The translations under genes were made by a program, and so were the position numbers. From NCBI GenBank assembly GCA_040902895.1, contig JBBDWL010000062.1:74894-138893 (forward strand): a stretch of 64,000 nt of DNA, written 5' to 3'. Origin of the DNA: Vicinamibacterales bacterium (lineage in GTDB: Bacteria; Acidobacteriota; Vicinamibacteria; Vicinamibacterales; SCN-69-37). Shown here in pieces: positions 48,663 to 58,534 of this stretch. Under the pieces are notes generated by a model. The model was given only the letters and a program-made list of their open reading frames with translations, did not search any database and was not told the DNA's origin. Each line of letters begins with the position of its first letter. The stretch's first letter is position 1.

Positions 48663-50165
48663 TCAAGAAGCTGACGGCGATTCGTGCCAGCGTATCGATG
48701 TCGTGATCGCCAGCGCCTCCCGGGAGTCGCGGAGCGGGCGGAGACGGCGATACATGTCGACGTGCTCCGGATCGGGACGTGTGCACGAGTCGGCCACGGG
48801 CGTGACGAAACCCTCGACCACGTCCTCCCAGCGTTGGCCGGAGTCGGCGTGCAGCGCCCGCAGCGCCGCGCCCAGCGCCGCCGCGTCCGTCGATGCGAAC
48901 CGGTGGACGTCCGCCTCGAACACGTCGGCGATGATCTGGAGGATCTCGCGGTTCGCCGCGGCGCCGCCCGTCGCGTAGATCGCCCGCGGCGTGACGCCCA
49001 TCCACGCCGAGTGGCGCGCCATGGCCATGATCTGCGCCTCGACGATGGCGCGGACGTGTCGCCTCGGATCCGCCGTCTCGAGCCCGAACCGATGGATCTG
49101 GCCGCCGGGCACGGCCGGCGTGATCTCCGGCTCGAACCATGGCAGCATCATGGCGCCGTCGTTGCCCGCTGGCGTCCGGCGAAGCGCCTCGGAAAAGCCC
49201 TCCCACGTCAGCCCGTGCTCGTCGCGCACCCGCTGGCGCGCGAGCGAGCCGTTCCTGAAGACCGTGATGCCCATGTACTCGCCGAGGGGCGAGGCGAAGA
49301 CGTGCCCCGTGCCGTCGCGGCTCACGCGCGGCTCGCGCATGGGCCCGAAGATCGTATCGCTCGTCCCGAGCGAGATGGCGAGCTGCCCTTCGTGGATCAG
49401 TCCCGTTCCGACGAGGCTGCACGGGTTGTCGCCCGACCACGCGACGATCCGCGCGGGCGGCAGGCCGAGGCGCGCCTGCCACTGAGCCTTCAGCCTGCCG
49501 ATCACCGTGGATGAGCGCACGAGCGGGGGCAGCTTGCCGGCCAGACCCGGCGCCGTGGCGTCGAGCGCCGCCGGCGACCACGCACCGCTCCGGATGTCCA
49601 TAAGGTTCATGCCGGAGCCGTCCGCGTGATCGATCGGTGCGTGCTCGCCGAGCAGGATCGACGCGAGGAACGAGCTGACGAGATGGATGCGCACGGTCCG
49701 CGCGTAGGCGTCCGGCTCCTGGCGGGCGAATTTTCGAATCTGCGGTCCGGTGAACCGCGGATGCGCGGGTGAGCCCGTGAGCCGCGCGACCTGCGCCGAT
49801 CCACCGAGCGCCGCTTCGATCTCGGCGCACTCCCGCGCCGTGCTGCTGTCCATCCAGATCGGTGCTGTCGGGCGGGTGAGCGCGTCGGCCGTGTCGCCGC
49901 AGTACACGCTACCGTGCTGCTGGGCCGAACCGCTGATGGCGCCGAGCGATCCGCGATCGATCTCGCGCGCGAGCCGGCCGGCGATCGTCTCGAGCGCAGC
50001 CGTCCACGTGCGCGGCGACGCGTGGACTACGGCGCCGTCGCGACTGGCAACGAACGGCTCGTCGAATGGCAGCGAGTCGCGATAGACGACCGAGCGTCGG
50101 ACGGCGTCGATCACGACCACCGACAGGCTCTGGGTGCTGCAGTCGAATCCGGCGTACAGGGCCAT
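48663..50165 (-). CDS. xylB: Xylulokinase (FGGY family, eukaryote-like subtype)
   Basis: GFDCSTQS, SGSAQQHGSVY, PIWMDSST, RFTGPQIRK, GSGMNL, GDNP, ISLGTSDT, NGSLAR, TGGAAAN. Confidence 0.88.
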   Translation of the reverse strand: MALYAGFDCSTQSLSVVVIDAVRRSVVYRDSLPFDEPFVASRDGAVVHASPRTWTAALETIAGRLAREIDRGSLGAISGSAQQHGSVYCGDTADALTRPTAPIWMDSSTARECAEIEAALGGSAQVARLTGSPAHPRFTGPQIRKFARQEPDAYARTVRIHLVSSFLASILLGEHAPIDHADGSGMNLMDIRSGAWSPAALDATAPGLAGKLPPLVRSSTVIGRLKAQWQARLGLPPARIVAWSGDNPCSLVGTGLIHEGQLAISLGTSDTIFGPMREPRVSRDGTGHVFASPLGEYMGITVFRNGSLARQRVRDEHGLTWEGFSEALRRTPAGNDGAMMLPWFEPEITPAVPGGQIHRFGLETADPRRHVRAIVEAQIMAMARHSAWMGVTPRAIYATGGAAANREILQIIADVFEADVHRFASTDAAALGAALRALHADSGQRWEDVVEGFVTPVADSCTRPDPEHVDMYRRLRPLRDSREALAITTSIRWHESPSAS

Positions 50166-50171
50166 GCGTGG

Positions 50172-51194
50172 TCACGTCGCGACGGGCGCGCCGCGCGGTA
50201 CCTCCCAGCGTCCGGACTTGGCAGAGCGGAAGATCGCTTCGATGCACTCCATGTTCCGCACGGCGTCTTCGAGCGGCACGGGAACGTCGGTCCCGTCGAG
50301 CAGTGCTTTCGAGAACAGGTCCCCCTGGATCGTGTACTGGTCGCACGTGTCGAGCTCGATCGTCTCGATGGCGCGGCCGGAGAGATCCCCCTCCGGATCG
50401 ACGAGCACGCGGCAGGGGCGGTCCGGCGGCGCGTTGAAGGGGATCTGGATCTCGATCCGCCCGCGGGTGCCGAGGATCTGCATCCGCTGGTACGGTGCCA
50501 TCTGCGTGCTGCAGGTCCCGACGGTGTGCGCGCCGCCGAAGTCCAGCAGCATCGATGCGAGCCGGTCGACGTTCAGCCGTTGATCACGATCGATCAGGCC
50601 GATGACCCGCTGCGGTTCCCGATCGAAGATGAACCGCGCGGTGTTGATCAGATAACACCCGATGTCCATCACCCCGCCGCCGCCGAATTCCGGAATGTTG
50701 CGGATGTTGGCCGGGTCGTCGTTGTAGTAGCTGAAGTATCCGAGCATCGATCGCACCTCGCCGAGGCGCCCGCTGCGGGCGATCTCGCGCGCCGTCAGCC
50801 ACTGCGGGTGCGTGCGGACCATGAACGCTTCCTGTATCCTCACGCCGGTGCGGTCGCGCACGTCCAGCAGCGAGCGCGCCTCGGCGGCCGACATCGCAAT
50901 CGGCTTCTCGCACAGCACGTGCTTGCCGCGCTCGGCCGCGCGCACCGTCCAGGGCACGTGCAGGTGGTTGGGCAGCGGGTTGTAGACGGCGTCAATGTCG
51001 GGATCGTCCAGCAGCGCCTCGTACGATCCGTACGCCTTCGGGATGCCGAGCGCGCCGGCCGCCTCCCGCGCCCGCGCGAGATCGCGCGAGGCAATCGCCG
51101 TGGTGGTCGACCATCGCCCGCGCTGCATGGCGGGAATTACCTTCTCGGTTGCGATTCGGGCGGTGCCGAGCACCCCCCAACGGATCCTGCTCAT
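50172..51194 (-). CDS. Gfo/Idh/MocA oxidoreductase (D-xylose 1-dehydrogenase-like)
   Basis: WGVLGTARIA, YNPLPNHLH, HVLCEKP, EAFMVRTHPQ, GGGVMDIGCY. Confidence 0.9.
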   Translation of the reverse strand: MSRIRWGVLGTARIATEKVIPAMQRGRWSTTTAIASRDLARAREAAGALGIPKAYGSYEALLDDPDIDAVYNPLPNHLHVPWTVRAAERGKHVLCEKPIAMSAAEARSLLDVRDRTGVRIQEAFMVRTHPQWLTAREIARSGRLGEVRSMLGYFSYYNDDPANIRNIPEFGGGGVMDIGCYLINTARFIFDREPQRVIGLIDRDQRLNVDRLASMLLDFGGAHTVGTCSTQMAPYQRMQILGTRGRIEIQIPFNAPPDRPCRVLVDPEGDLSGRAIETIELDTCDQYTIQGDLFSKALLDGTDVPVPLEDAVRNMECIEAIFRSAKSGRWEVPRGAPVAT

Positions 51195-51236
51195 CGACTC
51201 GTGTTACCCTTCGCCCGCAACAAGAGGAGTCATGCC

Positions 51237-51719
51237 ATGCGTGTATGCGGAATCGTGATGGCGGCAGTCGCCTTCCTGCCGGTCTGCCTGGCTGCTCAGG
51301 CCTCCCTGCCGACTCGCCAGACGCTCACGCTGGAGGCGGCGCGTCGCATCGCCGCCGCGGCCGAAGCCGAAGCCGTCCGTCACAACTGGGTGGTCTCGAT
51401 CGCGGTCGTCGACGACGGCGGGCACCTGATGGTCTTTCTTCGGATGGACGGCACAAAGCTGGTCGCCACCGACATCGCCATCCGCAAGGCGCGCACCGCC
51501 GTTTACTTCCAGGGGCCGACCAAGGGCCTCGAAGACGAAGTGAGCGGCGGCCGTACGGCGCTTCTCCCGATCGAGGGCTTCATGCCGCTCGAGGGCGGCG
51601 TGCCCCTGATGGCCAACGGCCAGCTCGTCGGGGCGATTGGCGTCAGCGGCGTCACCGGCGCCGAGGACGCGCAGTGCGCGCAGGCCGGCGCCGCCGCGCT
51701 CAAGCCAGGATCTCGCTGA
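51237..51719 (+). CDS. GlcG/HbpS-family heme-binding protein with signal peptide
   Basis: SIAVVDDGG.L..F.RMDG, AIRKARTA, EGGVPL, GAIGVSG...EDAQCA. AGGAG ribosome binding site. Confidence 0.88.
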   Translation: MRVCGIVMAAVAFLPVCLAAQASLPTRQTLTLEAARRIAAAAEAEAVRHNWVVSIAVVDDGGHLMVFLRMDGTKLVATDIAIRKARTAVYFQGPTKGLEDEVSGGRTALLPIEGFMPLEGGVPLMANGQLVGAIGVSGVTGAEDAQCAQAGAAALKPGSR

Positions 51720-53163
51720 TCACGCGGCCGTGCACGTCCGTGAGGCGCATGTCGCGGCCGTTGAACCGGTACGTGAGCGCATCGTGGTCCAGCCCGAGCA
51801 GGTGCAGGATCGTGGCATGGAGCTGGTACACGCTCTTCCGGTTCTCCACCGCCTTGTAGCCGTACTGATCGGTGGCGCCGACGATCGTGCCCCCCTTCAC
51901 GCCGCCGCCGGCGAGCCACACGCTGAAGCCGTTGGAGTTGTGGTCGCGTCCGTCCATGCGTTCCGAGATCGGCAGCCGTCCGAACTCGCCGTGCCAGAGG
52001 ATGAGCGTCGAGTCGAACATCCCGCGGCTCTTGAGGTCCTTGATCAGGCCGGCGATCGGTTTGTCGGTCTCGGCGCAGTGCAGGCCGTGGTTGCCCTTCA
52101 GATCCCAGTGCGCGTCCCAGCTCGGCTCGAAGTTGCCGCCGCCCGAGAAGATCTGCACGAAGCGGACGCCGCGTTCCACGAGCCGACGCGCCATCAGCAA
52201 CTGGCGCCCGAAGTAGTTCGTCGGCTCCTGGCCGACGCCGTACAGCCGCTTCGTCGCCTCCGACTCCCTCGCGACGTCGATCGCGTCCGGCGCGTGCCCC
52301 TGCATGCGGAAGGCGAGCTCGTACGAGTGAATGCGCGCGGAGAGCTCCGTGTCTTCGGGGTTCTCGGACGCGTGCCGCTCGTTCAGCTCGTGCAGCAGCC
52401 TCAGCCAGCGCCGCTGCTCGTCCGGCGACCGCTCCACGGGTGGCTTCAGGTCGACGATCGGCGCGCCGGTGTCGCGGAACTGGACGCCCTGATACGCCGC
52501 GGGCATGTAGCCGTTGCCCCAGTTCGGCGGCCCGTTGATCGGTCCCCCGCGATGGTCGGTGAAGACGATGAACCCGGGCAGGTTCTCGTTCTCGCTGCCG
52601 AGGCCATAGGTGACCCAGCTCCCGACGCTCGGATGCCCCGCGAGGATGCTCCCGGTGTTCATCTGGAAGAGCGCCGGGCCGTGCGCCGGGCTCAGCGAGT
52701 GCATCGAACGGATCAGCGCAATGTCGTCGACGTGCTGCGCGACGTGCGGAAAGAGCTCCGACACGTCCATCCCGCACTGCCCGTGCTTCTTGAACCGCCA
52801 CGGCGACGGCATCAGGCCGCCAGGGGTGCCCATCACCGTCCGCACGTCGCCGACCCCCTGCATCGTCTCCCCCTGATATGTGAGGAGGTCCGGCTTCGGA
52901 TCGAACGTGTCCACCTGGCTGACGCCGCCGTAGCAGAAGATCGAGATCACCGCCTTGGCTTTGGCGGGAAAGTTCGGCGGCTTCGGCAGCAGCGGGTTTT
53001 TCGACGCGCGGCCCTGATCGCCCAGGCCGGCCGCGAGGAGCCCGTTGCGGGCGAGGAGATCGGCGAAGGCGAGCCCGGCGATGCCGCCGCCGAGCCGGTG
53101 GATCAGTTCCCGGCGCGAGAGCAGCAGGTCGGTGGCCCTGGAACAGCAGCAGTGGTCGCTCAT
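51700..53163 (-). CDS. DUF1501 domain protein (Tat-like signal)
   Basis: SRRELI, GGVSQVDTFDPKP, PSVGSWVTYGLG.E..NLPGF, ARRLVERGVRFVQ, WDAH, GEFGR, GRDH. Confidence 0.92.
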   Translation of the reverse strand: MSDHCCCSRATDLLLSRRELIHRLGGGIAGLAFADLLARNGLLAAGLGDQGRASKNPLLPKPPNFPAKAKAVISIFCYGGVSQVDTFDPKPDLLTYQGETMQGVGDVRTVMGTPGGLMPSPWRFKKHGQCGMDVSELFPHVAQHVDDIALIRSMHSLSPAHGPALFQMNTGSILAGHPSVGSWVTYGLGSENENLPGFIVFTDHRGGPINGPPNWGNGYMPAAYQGVQFRDTGAPIVDLKPPVERSPDEQRRWLRLLHELNERHASENPEDTELSARIHSYELAFRMQGHAPDAIDVARESEATKRLYGVGQEPTNYFGRQLLMARRLVERGVRFVQIFSGGGNFEPSWDAHWDLKGNHGLHCAETDKPIAGLIKDLKSRGMFDSTLILWHGEFGRLPISERMDGRDHNSNGFSVWLAGGGVKGGTIVGATDQYGYKAVENRKSVYQLHATILHLLGLDHDALTYRFNGRDMRLTDVHGRVISEILA

Positions 53164-55724
53164 TGGCGGTACACGAACTCGTTGAGGTTGAACAGCACGT
53201 GGCAGAAGGCGGCGAGGCCGTCCTGCCGGACGAAATCGATGGCCCGTTGCCGCTCCACCGTATCCGGTGGACGCGACAGCGCGATCTGGAACGCCCGGTC
53301 GACCTGCGCGCCGATCTCTTCACCTGCGTCCCCGCGGAGGCGCTCCGCGAAGTGCTCCGATTGCAGCAGCACGAAGGCGTTGTTCATCAGCAGCAGGGCC
53401 TGCGGCGCGACGGTCGACCGGTTGCGGCGGTCCACCGAGTTCACGAGGTTCGGCTGATCGAAGGCCTCGAACAACGGATAGCGGATGCTGCGCTTGGAGA
53501 ACACGTACAGGCTGCGGCGCCACGTGGAGGGATCGTTGTTCGGCTTGCCAGGCCAGCTCCGCTTCGAGCTCACCTCGAACAGGTCGGGATCGATGTACGG
53601 GAAGACGTTCGGCCCGCCCATCGTTCGATCCAGCGTGCCGGCGGCGGCGAGGACCGCGTCGCGGATCGCCTCCGCCTCGAGGCGCTGGCGGGGCATGCGC
53701 CAGGAGAACCGGTTCTCGGGATCGATGGCGACGTTCGCCGCGATGTCGCGGCTCGACATCTGGTACGCCGCGGAGGTCAGCATCAACCGGTGCATCGCCT
53801 TCAGGCTCCACCCGCGCTCGATGAATTCGACGGCCAGCCAGTCGAGAAGCTCGGGATGCGAGGGCGGATCGCCGAGCTTCCCGAAATTGCTCGGCGTCCG
53901 AACGATCCCCTCGCCGAAGTGGTGCTGCCACAGTCGGTTGACCATCACGCGCGCCGTCAGCGGGTTGTCGGGCGACACGAGCCATTCCGCGAAGCCGCGG
54001 CGGCGCCAGCTCGTCTTCGCCTCCGGCGGCGGCGTCGGGAAGTCGTGTTCGCCGTCGAGGGCGACCGAGAGCACGCCGGGCGTCATCAGCGAGCCCTTGG
54101 CGGCGACGTTGCCGCGATGCAGGAAGTACGTCGGCCGCGGCGTCCGGCTCTGCTCGCTGATCGCCCGGGCCGTCGGGTAGCCCGGCGGCCTGATGGCTTC
54201 GACCGATGCGATCTCGTCCTTCAACGCCTGGTGCCTGGCCCGGACGTCGTCGGGCATCCGCGCCACGATGTCGTCCTCGGTGATCTTCGCGCGCAGGGAG
54301 TCCCGCTGCAGCGTGCGTTCGATCTGCCCGACGTTGAGCCGCTGTCCTTCGCTGCGTTCTTCGGGCGGTGTCTTCCACGCGATCTGCAGGTACTCGGGCA
54401 GCAGCGCGATTTCGCGGTCGACGAGCTGCTTCAGATACGGCGCTTCGATCTCGTTTTTCGTACGCCGGAGCGGCGCGAGCTGCGCATCCACGGCCGCCGT
54501 GGCGGCGCGGTGCGCTTGGACGTCGTGGGCCGGCACGAGCGGATGATTCGCCGGACGCATGGAGGCGAACACGGCCTGGATGCGGTAGTAGTCCTTCTGC
54601 GGGATCGCGTCGAATTTATGGTTATGGCATCGCGCGCACGCCACCGTCAATCCGGTGAACGTCAGCGTCGTCGTCGCGACGATGTCCTCCAACTCATCCT
54701 GGCGCCCGCGCTCGCCGCCGCCCCCCCCTTCCGGGCCCAGCCTGAGGAAGCCGGTCGCGATCATCGCCTCGTCGGACTCCGGCGCGTACTCGTCGCCGGC
54801 GATCTGCTCGCGCACGAACTGCGAGTACGGCTTGTCGCTGTTGAACGAGCCGACGACGTAGTCGCGGTAGCGCCACATCTCGGGGCGGTCCCTGTCGAAC
54901 TCGAAGCCCCCCGAGTCGGCGTACCGCACGAGATCCAGCCAGTGACGGGCCCAGCGCTCCCCATAGTGCGGTGAGGCGAGCAGGCGGTCGACGAGCTTCG
55001 GCCAGGCATCGGGCGAGCGGTCGTCCACGAACGCCTCGACCTCCTCGGGCGACGGCGGAAGGCCGAGCACGTCCAGATAGGCGCGGCGGATGAGCGTCCG
55101 CCGATCGGCCGGGGGCGAGGGCGTCAGCCCCTTGTCTCGCATCGCCTTCAGCAGGAACGCGTCGAGCGGATTCGGCGCCGTCGTCTCGTGCGCCGGCATC
55201 GGCGCGATCAGCGGCACCGTCGGACGCCGAGGCGTCTGGAAGGCCCAGTACTCCCGTTCCTCGGGCGTGATGGGGCGCTCTTCACGCCGCACGAGCATTT
55301 TGAGGGTCTGCTCTTCGTCCGGGACCGCTTCGGGAACCGACGCGAGTGAGCCGCCGTCCTCGATCCACTTGCGGATCTCTTCGATGTCATCGTCCGGCAG
55401 CTTCGGCCGGTCGAGCGGCATCCCCTCGAGGGGATTCGCGTAAGAGACGAGCAGAAAGAGCCTGCTCTTCCGCGGCTCGTGCGGGACGACGACCCGTCCG
55501 CTGGCGCTGCCCTCGATGAGCGTGCGGTGGGTGCGCAGGTCGAGGCCGCCCTTGCGGGATTCACCGTGGCATTCGACGCAGTGCGTGGTGAAGATCTCGT
55601 AGACACGCTGCGCGCGCTCGTCGGCCTGCGCGGCCGCGGGCGAGGGCAGCGCGAACGTCAGCACGGCGGCCGCGAGGGCCAGGCGAACCGCCGTCACGCG
55701 GAGCGATCGCCTGTCAGGTGCCAT
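53160..55724 (-). CDS. Planctomycete cytochrome c / DUF1549 / DUF1553 (PSD1) protein
   Basis: CVECH and CARCH heme motifs, WAF, GERWARHWLDLVRYADS, NPLTARVMVNRLWQHHFG.G, PQALLLMN. Confidence 0.93.
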   Translation of the reverse strand: MAPDRRSLRVTAVRLALAAAVLTFALPSPAAAQADERAQRVYEIFTTHCVECHGESRKGGLDLRTHRTLIEGSASGRVVVPHEPRKSRLFLLVSYANPLEGMPLDRPKLPDDDIEEIRKWIEDGGSLASVPEAVPDEEQTLKMLVRREERPITPEEREYWAFQTPRRPTVPLIAPMPAHETTAPNPLDAFLLKAMRDKGLTPSPPADRRTLIRRAYLDVLGLPPSPEEVEAFVDDRSPDAWPKLVDRLLASPHYGERWARHWLDLVRYADSGGFEFDRDRPEMWRYRDYVVGSFNSDKPYSQFVREQIAGDEYAPESDEAMIATGFLRLGPEGGGGGERGRQDELEDIVATTTLTFTGLTVACARCHNHKFDAIPQKDYYRIQAVFASMRPANHPLVPAHDVQAHRAATAAVDAQLAPLRRTKNEIEAPYLKQLVDREIALLPEYLQIAWKTPPEERSEGQRLNVGQIERTLQRDSLRAKITEDDIVARMPDDVRARHQALKDEIASVEAIRPPGYPTARAISEQSRTPRPTYFLHRGNVAAKGSLMTPGVLSVALDGEHDFPTPPPEAKTSWRRRGFAEWLVSPDNPLTARVMVNRLWQHHFGEGIVRTPSNFGKLGDPPSHPELLDWLAVEFIERGWSLKAMHRLMLTSAAYQMSSRDIAANVAIDPENRFSWRMPRQRLEAEAIRDAVLAAAGTLDRTMGGPNVFPYIDPDLFEVSSKRSWPGKPNNDPSTWRRSLYVFSKRSIRYPLFEAFDQPNLVNSVDRRNRSTVAPQALLLMNNAFVLLQSEHFAERLRGDAGEEIGAQVDRAFQIALSRPPDTVERQRAIDFVRQDGLAAFCHVLFNLNEFVYRQ

Positions 55725-55748
55725 GGCTCCGTCCCATCATGCGCGCAT

Positions 55749-55839
55749 TCCAAGCGCTTGCCGGTCCGTTATCCCGGCATGAGAAAAATCGATCCCGGCA
55801 GCGGGAACGGCCGAATCGCCGCCATTGTAAGCGCTTACG
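55749..55839. promoter_or_regulatory. LacI-family operator-like sites upstream of the PSD1/DUF1501 operon
   Basis: TGTAAGCGCTTACG (55826-55839, perfect 12-bp palindrome GTAAGCGCTTAC) and CAAGCGCTTG (55751-55760). Confidence 0.7.
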
Positions 55840-55870
55840 TCTGCCGCGTCTAGTTGTAGGGACGCGTGCC

Positions 55871-58534
55871 CTACTCACCCCGCAAAGCGTCGACAGGATC
55901 GACGGATGACGCCCGGCGCGCCGGCAGATAGCTCGCCAGAAACGCCACGCCGAGCATCAGTGCCGACATCGCGACGAACGTCGCGGCGTCGAGCGGCTCC
56001 ACGCCAAACAGCAGCGACTCGAGGAGACCCGTCAGGCCGAGCGCGGCGGCAATGCCGATCGCCACGCCGATGAGCGTGACCCGGCTGCCCTGCAGCACGA
56101 CCATCCGCCGCACCGCCGGCGCGGCGGCGCCCAGCGCCATGCGCAGCGCGATCTCACGCTTGCGCTGCGACACGACATACGAGAGCACGCCGTAGACGCC
56201 GACGGCCCCGAGAATCACGGCGAGACCGGCCGCAATGGCCAGCAGCAGCATCGTGAAGGACGTCGGCGCGAGCGATCGCTTGGCGAGGCCCTCCAGCGTG
56301 AAGATGCGATAGAACGGCGCGCCCGGCGCCACCTCGCGCAGCAGGATCCGGATGTCGCCCGCGATTGTGTCGGCGCGCGCGGTTCTCACGACGTACGCCG
56401 GCGAGCCCACACCCCACGAGGTGGGGGTCGGGCCGACCATCGGCAGGTACACGAGCGGGTCCTTCTTGTCCTGCCGGTAGCTGTCCACTCGCACGTCGCC
56501 GACCACGCCGACGACGGTCGTCCATGGATCGTCCGGATCCGTCCCGTACTGCAGGCGCTTGCCGATGGGGTTCTCGCCCGGCCAGAGCTGCTCTGCCGCG
56601 GAGCGCGAGACGATGACGTTCGTAGCTCCGCCCATGTGATCGCTCGGCTGGAAGGGGCGGCCGCCCACGAGCGGGATCTTCATCGTCTGGAAGTAGTCGC
56701 CAGCCGTGAACGTCATCATGAGGGGCGGCAGCGTCCTGCCCGCGGCCTTCGACTGCTCGGTCGCGAACCGTGCGGGACTGGCGCCCTCGTCGAGCGGCAG
56801 CTCGTTGACGAACCCGACCGATTCGACGCCCGGCAGGCCGCGCAGACGCTCCATGAGGCCTTCGTGAAAGCGGGCGAACGCCGGCCCGCTGTTGAAGCCC
56901 GGCCCCGACGGCGCGACCTGAAACGTGAAGATGTTCTTCGTGTCGAAGCCCAGATCGACATGGCTGAGCGTCCAGAAGCTGCGCACGAGCAGACCGGCTC
57001 CGACCAGCAGCACGAGGGCCGCGGCCGTCTGGAGCGCGACGAGCCCGTTCCTGGCCAGCCGTCCCTGGAGCGTCCCGCCGCGCCCCGCCTGCTTCAGATC
57101 GTCGACCCGCGCCGGTCGCGAGAACCCGATCGCCGGGATCAGCCCGAACAGGCACGCCGCCAGAATCGCCAGGCCCACCGCAAATGCCAACGTGGCGCCG
57201 TTGAGCGCGATCAAATCGAGATTGGGGACAGTCGTCGGCGCGCCCCGGACGAAGAGTGGCACGAGGATCGCCGCCACGATCGCGCCGCCGGCGGCGCCCG
57301 CCGCCGCGAGCAGCAGCGCCTCGGCCGTGAGGGATCGAATCAGGCCTGCGCGGCCTGCGCCGAGGGCCTGGCGCACGGCAATTTCCCGCCGGCGGCTTTC
57401 CGCGCGGGCCGTGAAGAGGTTCGCGACGTTCGCGCACGCGATGAGGAAGACGACGCCAACCGTGCCGAAGACGATCCAGATCGTTTTCGACGCGCGGCCG
57501 ACGAGCTGCTCTTCCAGGGTGCGGACGACGGGCTGGTGTTTCTCGATGATCCGAGCGTAGTTCGCGTTGCCGCCGAAGCGCTCCGGCAGCCGCTTCGCAA
57601 CCGTTGCGAGCTGCGTCGTCAACTCCTCCAGAGTCACCCCGGGTTTCATCCGCGCGACGAGGTTGAAGTTGAAACCGCCCGGCTTGATTTGGCTCTCATC
57701 CGCGATCGCCGCGCGCGCCCATGCCGAGTACTGCGCGTTGGGGAAACGAAACTCGGGCCCCATGACACCGATGATTTCCCGCCGCGCGCTTCCGATCTCA
57801 ATCGACTTTCCGACGACCGACGGGTCGCTGGCGAACCAATCCCGCCACAGATGGTGGCTGATCAACGCCACCTGCGCGCGCTTCGTGTCATCCGCTTTGG
57901 TCGGAAGCCGGCCGATGACCGGCTGCACGCCGAGCGTCTGGAACAACTCCGTCGTCATTTGAACCGCGAAGAGACGATCGACATGGTCGGGCGCGCGGAA
58001 CGTCGTCTGGCCGGTACCAAACATGCCGATATTCTCAATCTTGTCGGCATCGTCTCTATAGGTGACGTAGAACTCCGCCCCGAGACCGGCCTCACCCCGC
58101 AGCTCGGTTCCGGGCGCCGTGGCGCGAATCGAGACGAGCCGATCCGCGTTTGGATACGCGAGCGGGTTGATCAGCACCGCATCGACCACGCTGAAGATCG
58201 CCGCGCAGGCGCCAATCGCCAGCGCGAGCGTGACGACGACAACGGCTGTGAAGCCGGGCGCGCGCACCAGGCGCCGCGCGGCGTGGCGGAAATCGCCCGT
58301 CCAGCCTTCGACAAACCCTTTCATACGACCTCTCCTGTTTTCTTCGACCGTAAAGCGGCCGGCGAACGACAGTGCTTCGCGCCAGTACCAGAGCCGCGCG
58401 CGGGAGACGCCGACCTGCGCAGAACGCCGCTGATAGACCTCGTCGAGCTCCGCGGCGATGTGCTCCCGCACGTCGATGGGCAGCGCGCGCGTCAGCAATC
58501 GGCGCGCGAGGCGCGGCGGCTGCGGAGGCGGCAT
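55871..58534 (-). CDS. ADOP duplicated permease with prefix-2-type N-terminus
   Basis: TGATG coupling to PadR. PPRLARRLL...IAAELDEVY...LWYWRE, DFRHAARRL, PARRASSVDP. Confidence 0.92.
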   Translation of the reverse strand: MPPPQPPRLARRLLTRALPIDVREHIAAELDEVYQRRSAQVGVSRARLWYWREALSFAGRFTVEENRRGRMKGFVEGWTGDFRHAARRLVRAPGFTAVVVVTLALAIGACAAIFSVVDAVLINPLAYPNADRLVSIRATAPGTELRGEAGLGAEFYVTYRDDADKIENIGMFGTGQTTFRAPDHVDRLFAVQMTTELFQTLGVQPVIGRLPTKADDTKRAQVALISHHLWRDWFASDPSVVGKSIEIGSARREIIGVMGPEFRFPNAQYSAWARAAIADESQIKPGGFNFNLVARMKPGVTLEELTTQLATVAKRLPERFGGNANYARIIEKHQPVVRTLEEQLVGRASKTIWIVFGTVGVVFLIACANVANLFTARAESRRREIAVRQALGAGRAGLIRSLTAEALLLAAAGAAGGAIVAAILVPLFVRGAPTTVPNLDLIALNGATLAFAVGLAILAACLFGLIPAIGFSRPARVDDLKQAGRGGTLQGRLARNGLVALQTAAALVLLVGAGLLVRSFWTLSHVDLGFDTKNIFTFQVAPSGPGFNSGPAFARFHEGLMERLRGLPGVESVGFVNELPLDEGASPARFATEQSKAAGRTLPPLMMTFTAGDYFQTMKIPLVGGRPFQPSDHMGGATNVIVSRSAAEQLWPGENPIGKRLQYGTDPDDPWTTVVGVVGDVRVDSYRQDKKDPLVYLPMVGPTPTSWGVGSPAYVVRTARADTIAGDIRILLREVAPGAPFYRIFTLEGLAKRSLAPTSFTMLLLAIAAGLAVILGAVGVYGVLSYVVSQRKREIALRMALGAAAPAVRRMVVLQGSRVTLIGVAIGIAAALGLTGLLESLLFGVEPLDAATFVAMSALMLGVAFLASYLPARRASSVDPVDALRGE

